Part shown: positions 62,276 through 64,000 of the stretch, piece by piece
Layout of the letters: each line of letters opens with the position of its first letter
How positions within the stretch are numbered: the first letter of the stretch is position 1
Assembly: GCA_963775895.1 (NCBI GenBank)
Contig: CAVZKL010000017.1
Location: forward strand, 32,001 to 96,000
Source: Candidatus Bathyarchaeota archaeon
GTDB lineage: Archaea > Thermoproteota > Bathyarchaeia > Bathyarchaeales > Bathycorpusculaceae
Direction of reading: 5' to 3'
Length of the DNA: 64,000 nt
The notes under the pieces: model-generated
What the model was told of the DNA's origin: nothing
What the model saw: the letters and a program-made list of their open reading frames with translations, nothing else
The model's database searches: none
Program-made: the position numbers and the translations under genes

Positions 62276-62488
62276 TTATCTGTCCATAGGCTTCTGCATT
62301 GTCTCTAGACCATGCAACGCTGCGGTAACTAGGAGAAGCAGGAAGAATGAAATGACGACTATCAATATCTTGTACAGAATCGATATTGTTGAGAAAAGCA
62401 GAACATAGGCGTCTATTATCCCAATTACAAGAGTTGCTATACTCGTTGCGTCGATCTTGTTCCTCATCATCTTCTCTGCAGATCTCAC
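62276..62488 (-). CDS. Small 2-TM membrane protein
   Basis: ORF track; hydrophobic. Confidence 0.5.
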   Translation of the reverse strand: MRSAEKMMRNKIDATSIATLVIGIIDAYVLLFSTISILYKILIVVISFFLLLLVTAALHGLETMQKPMDR

Positions 62489-62934
62489 GAGTCTTCGTAT
62501 GTCTGACAGAAGTATCGAGGGTTGGATAAAAGCAGTTCCTCTTCAGGTTGCTTTTCTGAGCATGTTTTTCAGTAAGATGTTAATGAAACATTAACGTTTT
62601 TCTACCGGTTTCCATGTTTCAGCTCTTTACGGTACACTCGTCTTATTTGACGCCAAATGTAAAACTCCCCCTTTCCCAGATGCTTTTCAGAAACCATTCA
62701 TGTCGGAATTGTTCCGAAATTGCCGACAAAGTTAAGAGCAGAAACAACAAATCCATACCTATGGAGGATGGTAGAAACTTTTTTCCTTTCCCCTTTCCCC
62801 GCAAAAGCGCTCTACCATTCTCCTAAAATGGTCAAGCAATTTCTCGTAACCGAAATATATCTTCCGAGTGTTTCCCATGAAAAACCACTCCATCACAAAG
62901 AGTTGAGAGGCACGATTTCAGAAAGCTGGATCTT

Positions 62935-64000
62935 CTAACATCTCGTGCCGAATGCCCAACTGAACTTCTTCTGCAGGGTTTTGGGATAGATTTTTTCCAC
63001 GGGCAAACCTACCTGTTCTGTCCACGCTACGTAGGCCAAAGGATTGATGTAGGACTTCAGTGAAGTGCTGAGGTTGTATTCTTTTGTCTCTTCGGAAAGT
63101 TTCAAGTCGAACCTGCTTTTCTGCAACCTTTTGACCGTTGTGTCAGTGTTTTTGCCCTGCTCTGTCTTTTCTTTCAATTTCTTTTCAAGTTCATTGACTT
63201 TGTCTTGTTTTTTTGCCAGCCTGTCCTCAAAGTTTGGTGGAATCTTCTTCTTGTGGTTGGCAATCTTGGCTGCTTCCAAGTTCGCCATTTTGGCGCAGAA
63301 CTGCTTCGAATAATCAGGATCTTCTTTCTTTGCGTTGCACTTCTGCAAGAAGTCTTTGACGGTCGTCGTACACTTCCAAGTTCTGAACACCTTCGCTGTG
63401 AGGCCCTCCATCTTCTCAGACAGGAACCGTGAGACTTTCCTCGAGTTTATACCTTCGAAAAGATACCCTTTGCTAGTCTTCGAGAACTCCTGAATGTTCC
63501 TTATCACACTTGCTGGTGCTTCAACGGTCTTGGTCCATCTCACGCAGTCTTTTCCCAAAAAGTCGAAGTTGAGTTTGTTTCCTTCAATACTAACGTGTTC
63601 AGGTCTGAGTGTTATAGCTCCAACGGTGTCTGCTTCGCCGGGGTCCTTTTCGTCTCCCACTCTCATGTTTACTTTCATGATCAGCCAGCTGACGGTTGCT
63701 ATCTTGCGTTTGTCCAATTCATCAGCATCAAGGTTCTTTGTTATGTGAGCCTCGATTTTGGGGATTTCTCTGCCGAGTTTTTCGGCCTTTTTGAACTTTT
63801 CTTCTTCGGCTTTCTGCTTCAAGAACGCGGAGTCAGAGAACCACACGTACTTCTTTTTTCCAGTAAGCTTGTCTTCCCATTTGGCTAGGTACATTTTTTC
63901 AGGTTCCCAAACCCTGCCTTTCCAGTTTCCTGAAGGCATAGGGCTTTCGGGGGAAAGGTTTAGGATTATGTCTTCCTCTCGTGGCCCTTCTTTCCATTTT
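62935..64000 (-). CDS. Type IB DNA topoisomerase, 5' end beyond the window
   Basis: RVGDEK, DTVG, FLGKD, KVFRT, NHKK and SLKSYINP (catalytic Tyr); the frame stays open to the window edge. Confidence 0.92.
   Translation of the reverse strand, partial: KWKEGPREEDIILNLSPESPMPSGNWKGRVWEPEKMYLAKWEDKLTGKKKYVWFSDSAFLKQKAEEEKFKKAEKLGREIPKIEAHITKNLDADELDKRKIATVSWLIMKVNMRVGDEKDPGEADTVGAITLRPEHVSIEGNKLNFDFLGKDCVRWTKTVEAPASVIRNIQEFSKTSKGYLFEGINSRKVSRFLSEKMEGLTAKVFRTWKCTTTVKDFLQKCNAKKEDPDYSKQFCAKMANLEAAKIANHKKKIPPNFEDRLAKKQDKVNELEKKLKEKTEQGKNTDTTVKRLQKSRFDLKLSEETKEYNLSTSLKSYINPLAYVAWTEQVGLPVEKIYPKTLQKKFSWAFGTRC

Noticed and set aside
62490-62934. Non-coding gap with short palindromes (GTTAATG-AAA-CATTAAC) as a possible replication origin
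   Set aside because: No repeated ORB consensus and no adjacent cdc6/orc1

Overview
This is an archaeal chromosome segment, most consistent with Candidatus Bathyarchaeia (TACK). That placement is an inference from the gene set: type IB topoisomerase, a CdvA-like protein, S30e, GatDE, Elp3, Rio2, an Sm-like protein and BHB-intron tRNAs. Most of the window is housekeeping or metabolic: valS, nadX, pyrH, gatDE, elp3, an AcnX pair, ABC transporters, mgtA, glnA and asnA. It carries four tRNAs: Lys-UUU (one intron), Tyr-GUA (two introns), Leu-CAG and Ala-GGC. About 20 genes, including gatD and rio2, are broken by single-base indels, many in homopolymers, so most frameshifts are probably assembly errors. 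Most notable observations: (1) accessory islands (4.5-6.9, 14.4-19.5, 45.2-47.1 and 58.2-60.9 kb) where genes and gene fragments, including two putative integrase remnants, start or end at short alternating (CG)n tracts, suggesting an undescribed cassette-shuffling or recombination-hotspot system; (2) a TPP riboswitch whose 3' end contains the Shine-Dalgarno of thiT; (3) a near-identical 78-bp inverted repeat pair enclosing a CARDB surface-protein locus; (4) a tRNA-Leu att-flanked islet with a GH38 gene fused onto an integrase stump; (5) four paralogous beta-beta-alpha + winged-helix proteins beside a stand-alone nurA-herA pair; (6) a TFS paralogue lacking the catalytic acidic motif. All calls come from motif recognition by eye; no searches were run.
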